A stretch of 62,939 nt of DNA, counting the filler, from Reclinomonas americana ATCC 50394 (Eukaryota): the NCBI GenBank assembly GCA_048213135.1. It is 6 parts of 6 records of this genome, joined end to end, with 100 filler letters (N's around TTAATTAATTAA, not from the genome) between each part and the next. Parts side by side here need not be neighbours in the genome. Positions count along the whole stretch, not along the records: positions 1 to 17,858 come from AFZH01016932.1; positions 17,959 to 33,113 come from AFZH01016934.1; 4 more parts are not named here. One strand, 5' to 3'. The position numbers and the translations under genes were made by a program. The notes below the pieces were generated by a model. It saw only the letters and a list, made by a program, of their open reading frames with translations, ran no database searches and was not told the origin of the DNA. This document shows, one piece after another, positions 13,726 through 27,307 of the stretch. The first letter of the stretch is position 1, and the number at the start of each line of letters is the position of its first letter.

Positions 13726-16700
13726 TCAGTGCTGTCGCGCCTGGTACATGAGCTGCGTCATCTTGGCCGGCAACAGCTGCGCCATCTGCTGGACTCCGCT
13801 GAGATGCGGCTGGAACTCGGCCGGGCAGGCGTGTCGTCGAGTGTACTCGACGATCCATTCGTAGTGCGCCAGCGACATTCGAGTGAATTGCATGTCCTGG
13901 CGAGGGTCGTCGCCGACCATGTCGTGGAATCTGGTGGGAGAGGTTGTGAGTGGCACTGGCGTAAAGGTGCTGGGGAGGGAGTAGAGGACGCAACACACGG
14001 CCGAGAAAGTAGTGCGCCATCAGCACGGAATCGGCGTAGGATTCGTTGATCTTAACCGAGGGTTCCTTGTTTTCGCGGAACGAGTCGAGGAACGCCGTAA
14101 AGTGCTTGACGGACGATGCGCCACTGCCCATCCATTCATCCATCAACAATCCACAAGCAGACGGAAAAGCAAGAAGGGGAAATGCAACGAACGCTTTGTT
14201 GGCACGCCCAATGTGACTGGTCTCCTGCGTCTCGGCAGCCTGCTGCAGCCGCAGGTTCTGGATCTGGTTGAACACGTCGCCCAGCTCAAAGTGCATCTGC
14301 CGCGTCTGCACCACGTAATGCATGGGCGATATGTCGCCAACCACGGGCTCCAGCAGCTCACACCGACGTTGCATCATGGCCCTGCCAGCGCAATGAGATG
14401 CAAAATAGAGCGCGGCGAGGCAGCGCAGACGACGCACGGTACCTCTTTCGATTGACGTCGGGCTCGAAGAACGACAGTTCGCGATACAAGCACGAAATGT
14501 CGCGCAGAATGTCGACATGCTCCGTGACGTAGCCGTCGAGGAGGTAGAAATCGAGTGCCTTTTGGTAGTGCAACAGCGCGTGCTTGAAGAGCTCCTTGAG
14601 CTGCATGCGACGCCAGAGAAGCAGAAGTAAGACAAGGGAGTGGAGCGAGAGTGCGTTGCTTGACCGACCTCTTCGTAGGTTCCGCACGGGAGCAACGTCG
14701 GCAACTCCGACTGCGGCACACCGGGGAAGCGCAGTGCTGCAGGGTAGAGGTCTTCGAGAGAGCCCTGCACATTGACGAACGTCATGAGCATCAACTCGCC
14801 GGTTCTCACGGCATGGCACACGCACAGTACCTCTTCTGTCGGACTGCGGTACTGCTCCTCTTCCAGAGTGTCTTCATCGGCACGACGGCGCGCCAAACGC
14901 AGACGCTCCAGCGACAACTTGGCCCAGGCTGTGCGACGCGTCGGTGAGTACAAGTGAGACTACCAGCGCAGGTAGGAAACAATCTTGGCACGCAACCCAA
15001 GTCAACATTCGCCAGACCCTGTTTCCACTCCACAATCTCGGTCTCGCCAGCAGAGGTGCCCGGCGGCAAGGCTGAAGGGAATAGAGCAACAGCAGTGAGT
15101 TGTCCGCACAGACCTATGTGCAGACCTACATATACACACACCGGGTGACGCTGCGGCGGCGGCAGCGGCGGCGGCAGCCTCATCCAGCACCGGCGGCTCG
15201 AACCCGTTCCAGCCCCAGTAGCCCTTCATCATGAGGCCGGCACACATGACGCACAGCGATGCCAGGTGCCACTTGCCGCGATCCAGGTATGTCGTACTCA
15301 GCTGCACCGCATTCTCTGACCAATCCTGCACGCTCCATGGGTGAGAACAAGATACGAGCTCGCGCGCGCACACACGCTCGTCGACACACCAGCGGCTTGA
15401 ATGATTGATGCAGGATTTGGCGCGCTAGCGTCTGGTGGATAAATGTCGCCGACTTGTCGCGCTCACCCATGCCGCCGTATACTTGCGCGAGGTAGTAGAG
15501 CGTCATGGTGTGCTGAATCTCCAGTGCCATAGTGCGGTCCTCGGTGCCGGCTGCCGCGTGTTGCACCTGCCCAGTGCTGTGCATGTAGTACAACTCCTCG
15601 GCGCCGCGCAAGTACTGCAGGGCCTTCTTCGGGTGACCGCGCTCGGCCCACAGAACGCCGAACCGGTTCAGTAGTGCCTGCACCCAGTCGACCACATTCG
15701 GTGCTCCCTCCTTGCTCGCACCACGGCGGTACGCCGGCCCCGCATTCACAATGATGCCGCCTCCACGCTTCACGTTGCGCGCACTGCCGCCTTCGTGCCG
15801 GAACACCGAGGCCGACGTGCCACCCGCCGACAGGTGCACCTCCACGTCTTTCTGCGGCGGTTCAACAATGCTGCGCGAACGAGATCAGCGCGGCCACTTG
15901 CGTCAACAGGTTACTCCACGCGCCAATACGCACCCTTCTTCACGCCCATCAAACGGATTCGTATCCTGTCGCAGCAGCTGCAGAACGGCATCAATCACAC
16001 GCTTCTCCTCTTCGAGCTCCTCCTGCTGCAATCGCTCCAGTCGCTGCTCGTCTGTCTCCTCCGGTGGCGTCACTGTGCGTCGCACGTGAGCTGTGAGCAA
16101 CGCACTCGCTCCACCGCAAACACACGAACGAAACCATTCATAGAGGTGACACCCGACGCCGCTCCTCCCTCGCCGCCAGCTCTCTCCGCCAGTGCCTTCT
16201 CCGCCAAGGCCACCACTCGTGCTGCCTCACGCTCTCGTTCTCGGTCCTCGGCCGACGGTGGCGGTGGCAGACCGCGCAGCACTGCAAGTGTCTCCTCGAA
16301 TTGCCTGTCGTGCACAACGATGGTCAGCTGCGCGCCCTCCCAGGCACATAAAAAGGGACCAGACGCAACCTCTGTCCAAAGCCATTCTCTTCGGTCTCCA
16401 CAAAGTTGAGGCCGAGTCGAAACTTCAAGAACGCCATGGTACGGCACACACTCTGCGCACGGCACATGTCAGCTGCGTGACACCCTCTTTGCGGTCACGC
16501 GGGTGCTTACCTGCGGCACTCGACCCTCGGTCTCCTGCAGCGTGAAGCGGAACTCGTCGGACTTGAGATGCTCCAACACCAGCTGCACGGCCTCTTTCTG
16601 CACAAACTCACGAGTTGAGAAGACAACTCCCACGGATACATACACGCACGCAGGCAAAAGCACACCAGCATCTCTCGCTCCTTGTAGCGATGACTGAAGA

Positions 16701-17192
16701 TGTTCTTGGCGCGCGTCTTGCTCTCACGTATCGCGGCCTCGTCTTCAGTCTCATCCGGTGGACCCTAACACGACAATTATCAGTCACCTCTCACACACAC
16801 AGCGCATCACCCTCGCTGTCCTCACCTCCTCCTCTGGCACTCGATCCTCCTCTAACGGACCAGCCTGCACAACGGCCTGCGCTCGCTCCAGAATCGCATC
16901 CACTTGGCGGCAAACGTGATCCCACTCACTTGCGTCATCCCCTTCATCATCATCGCCCTCCACGTCATCATCCTCATGCACAGTCTCAATCACAGGCGCA
17001 GAGGCACTTTCATCGTCTTCAACTGCAGCAGTCGCAGCAGCTGCTGGTGGTAATGAGGAAGAGGCCGGTTGCTCAATGAGCACTTGTTCCACGCTCACGC
17101 ATGCAGGTGCTTCTGTGGAGTGCACAGAGTTCAGTGGATGTGCGTGCAATACACACATGCACGCGAGGTGGAGAACCTTCTGCTGCTTCCAT
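13726..17192 (-). CDS. KIFBP: KIF-binding protein (KBP) family TPR protein
   Basis: HTMTLYYLAQVY..TLARQ, WSENAVQLSTTY, YLLDGYVTEHVDILRDIS, MMQRRCELLEP motifs. Confidence 0.85.
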
Positions 17193-17633
17193 GAGATGCC
17201 GGCCGGCTGTGATTGCGAGACGTCCTCGTGGGACACTCGGCGACAACTCGATCGAGTGAGGTGAAGCCAGCTGGCTGCGGGCAGGCACACGGACAGAGAG
17301 AGCATTGCGGGAGAGGCCCGCGGTTGGCGGAGTGTCGTGGTCACGAACCACACACATCACGGCCAAAACGCGATTCATCCACTCTGCAACTGCTGGCCGC
17401 CACTGCCGACCCCCCACCAGCACACACTCACACACATCTCGGTGTATTAATAAAACCTGCACTGGGTGCACACCCCCCACCACCGCCACGTGGCATTCCC
17501 CTCCGCACGTCGACGACGTCACATTGGCGGTCGTTAGTGTCCTCGGAAATCGCCACGCACACAACCGTGTGTGTGTGTGTGCACAGCGTCTCTTTCTGTC
17601 CCCAGTCAAACTGTACCATACCACAGCTCAACC

Positions 17634-17858
17634 ATGGACCTCGGGCGTCTGCTCGAGAGTCAGGAGTTTCTGGAGCTGGCCGACCGAGTTGCCGCGCACT
17701 GTGATCCTCACCGCCACCATGTCACGCCCTCTTCCGCGCCCTCTCCCGCCGCGCCTGTGAGCAGCAGCCGAGCACCACCAGCTACAGCAGCAGCACCACC
17801 CGCACCACCGCGTCCACATCAACGCGGCGCGAGCAGCAGTGTCTTGCAGCGCTCGGCG
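17634..17858 (+). CDS. Unknown protein, N-terminal fragment cut by gap
   Basis: accATGG start; MDLGRLLESQEFLELADRVAAH followed by a Pro/Ala-rich stretch open to the gap. Confidence 0.5.
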
Positions 17859-17958
17859 NNNNNNNNNNNNNNNNNNNNNNNNNNNNNNNNNNNNNNNNNN
17901 NNTTAATTAATTAANNNNNNNNNNNNNNNNNNNNNNNNNNNNNNNNNNNNNNNNNNNN
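17859..17958. other. Artificial scaffold spacer (six-frame stop linker)
   Basis: 44 N + TTAATTAATTAA + 44 N. Confidence 0.98.
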
Positions 17959-20900
17959 TTAAACAAGCTGCACAGCTCTTGCACTGCAGTGCGCGCACAG
18001 CGTACCATATGTAGGGTACGCTGTCGGGCAGGCCAAGGTGCCACGGCAGCAGTGTGTAGTTGGCATACGTGTCGGCTGGTGGAAAATTAAAAACGCAGTC
18101 AGCCTCGGTGCGCCAACAACTTTCATACGCTGCTGTGCGAGCGCACCAGCAAAGAAGAAAATCCAATCATTGTTGGCGATGGAGGTCTTGGCGGCGTTGA
18201 CCTCGCCACGCGGTCCGTCGTCCAGGAACACCGCGTCAAGCGTGGTGGCCGGCTGTTCTCTCCTTCGTGAGATATCGAAACAAAACAACCATTTCGGCCA
18301 CACGCACCTTGCTCGGGCGCAGAAGTGTGCCCCCCTGGTTGCACGTGCGCATGACGAGCAGCTTGTCGGTGTACCCAATCTGCATCACCAGTAAAAATCA
18401 GCACGGCATGATCGAGGCGCGTCCATCATGCGCGGAGTGACGCACTCCATCTCCAATGCCCACAGGTCCGGCACTCAGAGCACTGACAATTGCCTGCAGC
18501 GCAGGATTCGGCTCATCCAGGTACTGCGACGGTGCACCAGGCTGGTGGCTCGTGGACCAAAAGTTATCTGCAAGCACCTCGAGCTCAGCACGGCAGACGT
18601 TGTAAAAGCACGCTGCTCACACGACAAGACCCTTGAACGGCCGCAAGCCCACTGCCCAGGCCAGCATCGAGGTGGTGCCGATCTGTGCATGAGCAGTCAG
18701 CAACAGTGCAACTGCGGCAGCTGCATCACTGCACAACAAAATGCACCTTCCATTGTTGTGGCGCACGTGCCAGGTGATAATCATCACTGCACCAAAGAGT
18801 TCAGCGAGATCGACTCCGCACGTACATCCCTCTCTCTGTCTGCACAACGCAACGAGACACGAATGTGCGTGACTTGCGGCACCATTGTGCTAACCAAGTA
18901 ATCACTCGGCAATGCCATGCAGTACTCGATGGTGAGGTTGGCACGCTGCGCCGCACGACCCATCTCCAGCATGTACGACTGCATGGGATTCTGGTCGACG
19001 CCAGTGATGCTCGTCCTGGTGACATTGACCCAGTTGAACTGGCCGACAAAGAAATAGTGCGCGGCAGTGAGATTGGAAGTGGGATAGAGTAGAGGAGTGC
19101 CAATGTACCTGATCAATCAGCCACTGTGCACACAAGAGTGAGTGCTGGTCGCAGTGCAAGGAAGGCACAACGCACACGCAACATCCTGCTCGTACACTTT
19201 GAGTCTGTCGAGACAAGAGACAAGTACTTTTTTCAGCAGCCCGACAACGCGTACGCAACACGGCACACCACTCACCCCCACTGCTCGCTGAAGCGGAACA
19301 GATAGTCAAAGAGCTCGGGCAGATCGGGCTCCAGCGGAATCGAGGCCAGCGGCGGAGTGACGGAGAACGCCCAGCCTTTCTTCTGGTAGTCGTTCACAGC
19401 CGCGTACCTGCAACTTGTGATGAGACGCTGCGCGGCATCCACACGCCACATTGGCCACTGACCAGCGGTTGTGTTGGATGAATGGCAGACCGACGAGGTC
19501 TTGCAGGTGCTCAATGCCATTCGGGAACACCTCGGGCATGGGTTCCCACAGCACAAGGCCGTTGGAGTTGAAGGCCATGGTTGACTTGTAGTACCACCAC
19601 GAGTCGAGCTGTCACGCGGAATTTTGTCAACGAGAGAGAGGACCAGAGAGCGCATCTCCACAAGAACCGACCTGCATGTAGCGGATCGGGATGCCGGCCT
19701 GCAGGTAGCTGACGCGAGCGTCCACCAAGGTCTGCTCATAGTTCTTGCTGCATCGTGTGGTCAGCGGCGCAATGTGTGCGGCATGAACACACAGGTTTCC
19801 ACGCACGCACCCACTCTCGGTGTTGTAGTAATAGTAGGCGCCATTGTCGGTCCTGTGGAGCACTCTGTGTGTGAGAGAGCGTGGAGAGATAGTGCGCATA
19901 GAGCTGTGTCGTCACGCAACCAGTAGCCCTGCCACACGACACAATGTCAAACACGGCCATGATGAGGAAAGAGAGAGGCTGTCACGAACCAAATTCTCCA
20001 CCACGACATCGGCATTGGCTGCCACACGCTGCTTGCCAGATTGCTGTAGGAGCACGGCGCCCCACGCGTGCACAGTGTGATTGATGCCGTATCCAGCCAC
20101 CAGCAGCGTGCCGTGCGCAAAGTTTTTCGGCAACGACGAAGCCAGTCCCTGCATCGCACACACAATCAGTTTGCCGCAAAAGCGCAAACACGCGACCAAC
20201 GGCAGTACCTCAATGCCAAACGCCAGCGCCGATCCAAGAGCCTGCGACACAGTCTGCAGCGCCACCTTGAAGTTGGCCAGCGGACTCAGCACGAGCGTGG
20301 TGGGCGACTTGGACGGCTGGCGGAGTCATTACATCAGCACAAACGAAAACCGACCACGATACGAGACAGTTCTCTCCCCGCACCGTGGGATCAAAGATGA
20401 CCAGAGGCACGCCGCCTTGCAGAGAGCCACGGTAGGAGCGCATGAGGTCGCGACCAATCACCGGAACCGCATGCAGACCCTCGTAGGTGGCAAAGCCGAG
20501 GCCCTCCAGCCACGCACTGTCGACAAACGACGGGAACGCAGTGATCACGTCTGCATCGGAGCCCGCACTGTTACAACAACGCACATGAGCACATGAGAGG
20601 CAGAGAAGCAAAGAGAGGAAGCAGAGAGAGAAACCTGCACGCAGGCAATCCACTCGGAAATTCTTGCGCAAAGATAATGGCATTGAGGGCGGCATACACG
20701 CGAAACCGTGTAATCACCGGCACCGATGCCGCATTGTGCCACGTAATCACCGTCTCCTGATAATCACCAAACTTGTCCTGAAAGAAGAGCGCGAGAGCTG
20801 AGTGAGCGCGTTACGTGTGTGTCCGACCGGTACCGCATCTGCGTTGATGCGCAACTCGTCCACTCCCGCGCGAGCTCTGCTGCACCTGCAGCGATCCGTC

Positions 20901-21107
20901 GGTCGAGCGGAACCACCGCCCGCCAGTGCGCACGGCGGTGGCGCCGCTGGAGAGCCACTGCAGACCGTCGACGTTTACCGAGTACGATCCATTGCCGGTG
21001 TTCACATTGAGCGCCAACTGCGGCTGCGATTCGTCGCTTGCGCTCACTGCGACGACAGCGAGCAGGAGCGGAAGCAGGAGGAGAGCAAAAGCTCGCCGTG
21101 GCAACAT
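17959..21107 (-). CDS. Secreted clan GH-D (GH36/raffinose-synthase-like) glycoside hydrolase, 3' end in gap
   Basis: Signal peptide MLPRRAFALLLLPLLLAVVAVSA; spliced motifs GYWTDNGAYYYY, QLDSWWY, VYEQDWL, YCMALP, RVSDDY, SAGPVGIGDG. Confidence 0.7.
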
Positions 21108-21151
21108 GAAAAACGTCCTGTGCACAGCTGTCCCGCGTGTCATCCGTCGCA

Positions 21152-22676
21152 ATGGCTCCTCGTGTTCCGCGGCCGGTGGTTCTGCTTCTGATCGTCGTGC
21201 TATGTTACTGCGCTGTGCTGCTGGTGTCGATGACGTGGCAGCCGGTCGACGCACAGCGCGAGGATCTGTCTGCGCGAACAAGAACACGCAATGTCCTCGA
21301 CAAGGTTTTCCTCCCCCTCCTCCTCCTCACGCACACTCTCAACGCACAGCTTGCTTACTCTGTCTGTGTGTGTGACCATGCGTGCGCAGTTTGCTGATAG
21401 TGATGATGATGATAGTGGAGACAGTGATGAAGATGAGTTTGAGCGAGATCGCTCCGAGACACCGCAGTTGGCACTGGAGGAGCTCGAGCGACGATACGCA
21501 CGACAGCCGTACTCTGACATTACTCTGCGCGACTTTAACTTGTTGCGTTGACTCAATGCATGCACATGCACACACACACACGTGTCGGTGCTGATGCGTG
21601 GAGAGAACAGCTTTGCGTTGCCTCCGCGCAAGCACAACCTCGTGGTGTTCTTCTCGTATGAGACCGAGGGATGCCGGCACTGTCCGTTTGTGCATGAGCA
21701 GATGCAGCGCATTGCGGAAAAGTACCGCGAGGTGCGTAAGGCGTTTGCCGACAAGGCGCCCGTGTTCCTCGTGCGCTTCCAGGTCAATCCCGACATGATG
21801 CACATTGCGGAGAAGGTTATTTGATGTCTGTGTATGTTGAGGGCAAGAGAGATTGATCGTGTGCTCACTCGTCTCCATTCATACCACCAGTTCAAGCTCG
21901 ACACGGTGCCGGCGCTGCTGCTGCTGAAGCCCGGCAAGACGTTTGTGCGCTACGACTTTCGGCGAGATGGAGCGTCGGCGCATGCGATTGCCACGTGGTT
22001 GGAGCGACACACCGGTGTCGACATTCGTGTGCGCATGAGATTACGCGACTCGGAGAAATCGGCGTGGGGCCAGTATGTGGAGGTCGGCGCCATTGGTCTC
22101 GGCACGCTCGCCCTGTGGATGCTGATCACGTGGTCGCCGATCATGTCGGTGTTCCGCCTCAAGGGTCGCTCCTTTGTGTTCTTCACCGTGGCTGTGGTGC
22201 GTCTCACCACTTCCTCCCGGCAACACGCGAAACCTGTGCTGACGCAGTCAATGACAGGCGGTGTGGATGTTGAGTGTCGGCGGCATGTGGTACACGATTC
22301 ATAGCAACATGCCGGCGTTTGGCGTGCGCGACGACGGGTCCATATTCTTCTTTTACCCATCGTGGCAGCGACAGTTCACACTAGAGGGCGTGCTGGCCGG
22401 CATTGTGGCACTCATGATCGCCTGGTCCATCATCTACGTGTCGGAGATTGTGACGCGCGACGACCTGGACGGCGGGCAAGCCATGCTGGCGACCATGATG
22501 ACGGGCAGTTGAGTGATGATGATGATGATGATGATTCCTGCGCCGCGTGTGTGCGTGAGAGACAGTGTTCGCTCACCTGTGCTTGCACAGTGCTGTTTAT
22601 CGGTGCGCTGGCCGGCATCATCATCTTCTCGCTAAAGATGCCACAGTACGGTCGACAAGTCATGTCGCTTGTGTAA
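21152..22676 (+). CDS. Oligosaccharyltransferase subunit OST3/OST6 (TUSC3/MAGT1 family)
   Basis: Signal peptide, thioredoxin-like domain with CRHC, four TM segments, GGMWYTIH..PAF, QFTLEG, KMPQY motifs. Confidence 0.88.
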
Positions 22677-22726
22677 GTGTACATTGCCATGTGATCTGCA
22701 GCTGTCGCCTCCTCCTCCCCCTCCAA

Positions 22727-24741
22727 TCATATCAGCGGGAAGGTGTTCCACAGCGACGAGTCGCACGTCTCGAACTCGAAGATGCCACCTGTGCGTGTGA
22801 TGAGTGCACGAGGACGGTGACGGAGACGACATTCGGCACTCTCTTGGAGCTCACCGTACTGTCGTTCCTGAACGCCAATCAACAGGCGACTGGAGTCCGT
22901 CAAGAAGCACATGCCCGACACGTCGCCGAACAGCGTGAACGATTGCACGTCGATGAACTGCGAGTCCACACCAAACACATTGACGTGGTCGATGGATTCG
23001 GCCACGGCCAGGTACCTTTGAGCGAAGAAGACAATGATGAGCGCACCCTGCACGGGCGAGTGGATCGGCAATCCGTTCAAACGAATACCTCTTGTCGGGG
23101 CTGAACTTGACATTGCGCACAGCAGCGAGCTCGGCACCCAATACCGCCAGCGAGAGACGCAGGTTGCGCGAATCCCACACACGTGCCGTGGAATCCTGAC
23201 CGCCAGTGGCAAGCAGAACACCATCCGGATGCCAGTCGCAGCCAAAGTTGTAGTCAATGTGCCCCTCCAGTGTGGCCACGACTGCGAGGAGAAGCGATGA
23301 GCTAAGAGACGAAAAGGTCAGCTCGCTATCACCTTGCCGTAACTCTGCTTGCTTCGCACGTCGTACAGCAGGCACTCACAGCTGTCGCCGGTGACCACCA
23401 GTGTGTTGCCGTCGGGAGAGAGTGCGGATCTCTGCACTCGTCAGTCAGCATGCACCCTCGACACACACGATTGAACAAGATGCACGACGCAACATTGACG
23501 GGCCAGGCAAAGTCAAAGCGCTCCGTGCATACAAAGGTTCGTGTGTCGAGGAAACGCACACGCATGTCGTTGTTGGAGCAGATTAACCGCGTGACTGTAC
23601 ACACGTCAACATCATGCCTCGTGAAGACTTGCCAGCAAGCCACGCAACTTCCGCTGCCAGTGGTGTGAAAGTTGAGTGCATTGGTAATTGCGTTGTCGCT
23701 GTCGCACAGCTTGCCATTGAAGACCTCGGTCTGCATCCCGCCCGCCCACACGTGGTGAGGGCACTGAGACAACACAGAAAGGGGCATGCGAGACGACAGA
23801 CACAACTCCAGTCAGCAGATTGCGACAGATGAGCTCCCCGTGCAGACCGCCGACAGCCACCAGCTCGTCGTTGACACACTGTGACGTGTGGCGTCAGATG
23901 GAGAACAAAAGAGGTCCATGCACGAACGCACGCTCTCGCACCATGCTGCACAGATGCACCGACGGCAGACCCTCGGGCCGTGCAAACGAAAACAGCTGCT
24001 CCGGCACGCCGACACGGAACTCGTTTTGCGTGTTGTGCACATCCAGTCGCTGCACGCTGTGATCAGCTGCACGCAGGACCACAGGCACAGTGAGTCAGAG
24101 AAGAGGAGGCGGAGGCAGCAGAAGAGCCGCACCAACAAAGTAGTACTGATGATCGTTGGGCGCCCACAGCATGTCCTTGAGCTGAAAGTGCACCGCCGAC
24201 GGCACCACCGACCGGTACGTGTGCCGAAACTCAAAGAACGACGTCACCTTGCGCTGAGGCGCTCGCAGCTGCTCCTCGCAATGATGAGAGAATCGCGAGA
24301 CACTGTTGTCAGTCAGTCAGTCGCACCTGCTCAACCAGCCGCAAACTGGTCGTGGTGTTGCGGTAGCCTTCGTAGGTCTGTGAGCGCCGCCGCCGCACAT
24401 CCTCAGGACCCCACCGCTCACTCCACTTGATGCCCTGCATATCAACACCGCCCTCCACCACCATCTCCCGCGTAATATCCAAGTCTCTCTACAAGCACAC
24501 AGACACATGAGCAATCAATGCACCCCCTCTCTTGTGTGTGCGCAAGAGATGAAAGGAGCGCAACAGAGGCTGCGGCCTTTGCGCGATTCGGAACAACACT
24601 TGCCCAACAGGGCTCTCGCAAGCGCGTGGAATCCGCCGCCGACCGCACCACATCATTGACCAGCAAACCACCGGCCAAGTCATCGTCCACTGGCAGCGTG
24701 TGCTCGCGCACCACCGGAGCAGAGGATGCCGCGGCCGCCAT
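22727..24741 (-). CDS. WD40 protein of the DUF2415 (Gid11/SPBC2A9.03-like) family
   Basis: DMQGIKW, HFQLKDMLW, SNND, GHIDYNFGCDWHPDG..ATGGQDSTARVWD, AESIDHVNVF. Confidence 0.85.
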
Positions 24742-24821
24742 CCGCACACAAACGTAAGAGAAAGCGAGCACTCCGCGATTGTTCTTTCTTCTCGACTTTG
24801 CGCGCATTTTTTGCACAAAGA

Positions 24822-25784
24822 ATGGCATCACCGCCCGCCGCCGCCGCTCCACCGAGCATCCGAGTGACCTACTTCAACTCGCCAGGGCGGGCCGAAGCAC
24901 TCCGGCTGACGCTGTTCATTGGCGGCATTCCATTTGGTGTGGTTTCTTCTCTCCCCAAGCACGGTCTCGCCAGTCACTGATTGTGCGTGCACAGAGGACG
25001 AGCGCATCTCGTACTCACAGTTCCTCGAGGGTCGGCAAAGGTAACAGCAGCACAGCATCTGATCCGCGACTGCATCTTTGCTTTCTTTCGTGCGCGCTCA
25101 TTCGGAGTGTGTCGTCAGTGGGCGCTTCCCGTACGGGCATGTGCCGGTGATGACTGTGGACGGGACGCTGTATACGCAGAGTCTGGCACTGACGCGGTAC
25201 GCGGGTCGACTGAGCGGCTTGTACCCGCACGTGTGCGCGGCCTCGAGCAGCGATCAGGTGCTGAAGGACGCCATGCGAGTCGACGAGGTGCTGGAGTGCG
25301 TGGAGGAGATGCGTACGTCGTTTGGGTTCACGTTCCACGAGAAGGACGAGACGAAGCAGGTGCGGCTGCGAGAGGAGCTGGTGGAGAACCAATTCCCGCA
25401 ATGGTTGGGCTACCTGGATCGCCTCCTCGCCGAGAACCCCACGCACAGTGGCTACTTTGTGGGCGACTCGCTCACGGTTGCCGACTTGGTGGCGTATGCG
25501 TTTGAGTTGACGGTCCGGCAAGGTCACACACCCGGGTACGTGCAACTGCACAGCTTCAGCGATATTTGGGGGTAGCTGAACAGCACGTGCTTGTCTGCAG
25601 CATTCCGTCGACGCTGTTTGAGCCGTACGAGAACCTCAATCGCATGATCTCACAGGTGGACTCGCATCCACAGGTACATTGTCGCCCTTGCGCTGCATCT
25701 TCTGAGGAAAGACATGTCAATTGTCATTGTTTGCAGGTCATCGAATGGCACCGTCTGCACGCCGCCAAATCACCCCACCACTGA
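24822..25784 (+). CDS. Glutathione S-transferase (sigma-like)
   Basis: TYFNSPGRAEALRL, FEDERI, PYGHVP, QSLALTRY, VGDSLTVADL; 4 introns. Confidence 0.93.
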
Positions 25785-25911
25785 GCCACGGCGGCTTTTC
25801 TGTGTAGAAGGAGACCAAGCAATGTCTATCGGCCCCCTCCTTCTGCCTCTCAACGTGAATGAAGTTGTCCTGCGCTTGACTTGTCTTTCGAGTTGTGTGA
25901 AAGAAAGAAAA

Positions 25912-27047
25912 ATGGTCGCCGGAGGCAGCAGCGGAGGCGGATGGAAGGACATGCGCAACGGTGCAGTGTTGCAGGTGGCTGAGGCTGCCTCACTCGGTCT
26001 GCCCTTTGAAGTGTGGAAGACGCGCATGGGACGGTGTGTACCTCTCTCTCCACACACGCACGCATGCATTCCTCATGCACTCCCTCCCGCGTAGGTATCG
26101 CGAGGAGTCCACAGTGCAAGCACTGCGTGCTGTGTACAATCGAGGTGGTGGAATGCGTGCATTCTGGGCCGGATTCACCCCCAAGATGGTGGAGAGTGCC
26201 AGCAAAGGCGCAGTGTTCATGTACTCCAAGGAGGTCTCTCTCCCTGCCTCGCTCTCCGTTCTCCCATCAGTGTACAATGCGCTCATCTCTCTGTCTCCTC
26301 AACGCAGGCGATCCTCGCGCTCTGCAACACCGTCAACATGCCGACAACTGTGGCGGCCTTTGTTGGTGGTGCCGGTGCCGGCATCTGCCAGGTGTCTGTG
26401 ATGGCCCCGATGATGCTGCTGGTGACAGGCGCGGTGACGGGCGACAAGTCGGTGTCGACCATGCAGCGTGCGAGTCGGATCTGGAGTGCGCACGGTCTGC
26501 GCGGTTTCTACCCGGGCGGCACACCGATTGCCTTCCGACAGGCGACCAACTGGGCCAGTCGCGAGGGATTCACGGTGGCTGTGCGCCAGTTCTTGCGTCG
26601 CACGCTCCATCACGGTGACATGAATGCGCGCTTGTCGGCCCCCGAGGAAGTCTGTTGCGTCCACGAGTGGCTTTTGAGGGGAGGGTATAATTGACTGACT
26701 GCTGTGCTGACTGTGTGCGATGCAACCAGTGGCGGCGGCCATTGGTGGTACTCTGTCGTGCTGGAACCACCCGTTCGAGGTGGCGCGCATTGAGATGCAG
26801 AGTCGGGCCGATCTCGGCCAGTCGAGAATCACGATGATGCAGGTACGCTCTCGCGTGCATGCACTCTCTGTGCTGGCGGCTCCGCCCTCACCCTTGACCT
26901 TCGCTCTCGCAGTGCTTTGCTCAAGTCTACAAGGAGCGAGGAATCGCCGGTCTCTTCCGTGGTGTCCCTCCGCGCATCCTCTTGTCGGTGTGGCAGACGC
27001 TGTTCATGGTCACTGGCGGACGCATCATCAAGGAGCGTCTCTCATGA
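25912..27047 (+). CDS. YHM2: Mitochondrial carrier, YHM2-like citrate/oxoglutarate carrier
   Basis: LGLPFEVWKTRM, FRQATNWASR, SCWNHPFEVARIEMQ, GLFRGVPPRI. Confidence 0.85.
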
Positions 27048-27307
27048 CACCAGTGAGACGACGCGCATAGTTGTTCTATCCTTTGTTCACCGCTCTTTTC
27101 ATTCTGCCCTCTCTCGCTTCTTTCTTTTTTTTCGAGTTGGCCCCCGGCCTTCTCCTCCCAATCTCCTCGGTGTGTCGGTGCACCGAGAGTACACACGCCA
27201 GAGAGACGGCAGACAAACAGAACAATATTTTACTTGGTCTCTGTGTGCGTGTGCGTAAGTGTGTGCGCTCGTCGCTTGCTCAACGTCGCCGCCGCCGCCG
27301 CCCCCGC

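Noticed and set aside
17903..17914. TTAATTAATTAA palindrome recurring five times
   Set aside because: Always centred in exactly 100-bp N gaps; an artificial six-frame stop linker. ORFs ending ..XLIN are artefacts
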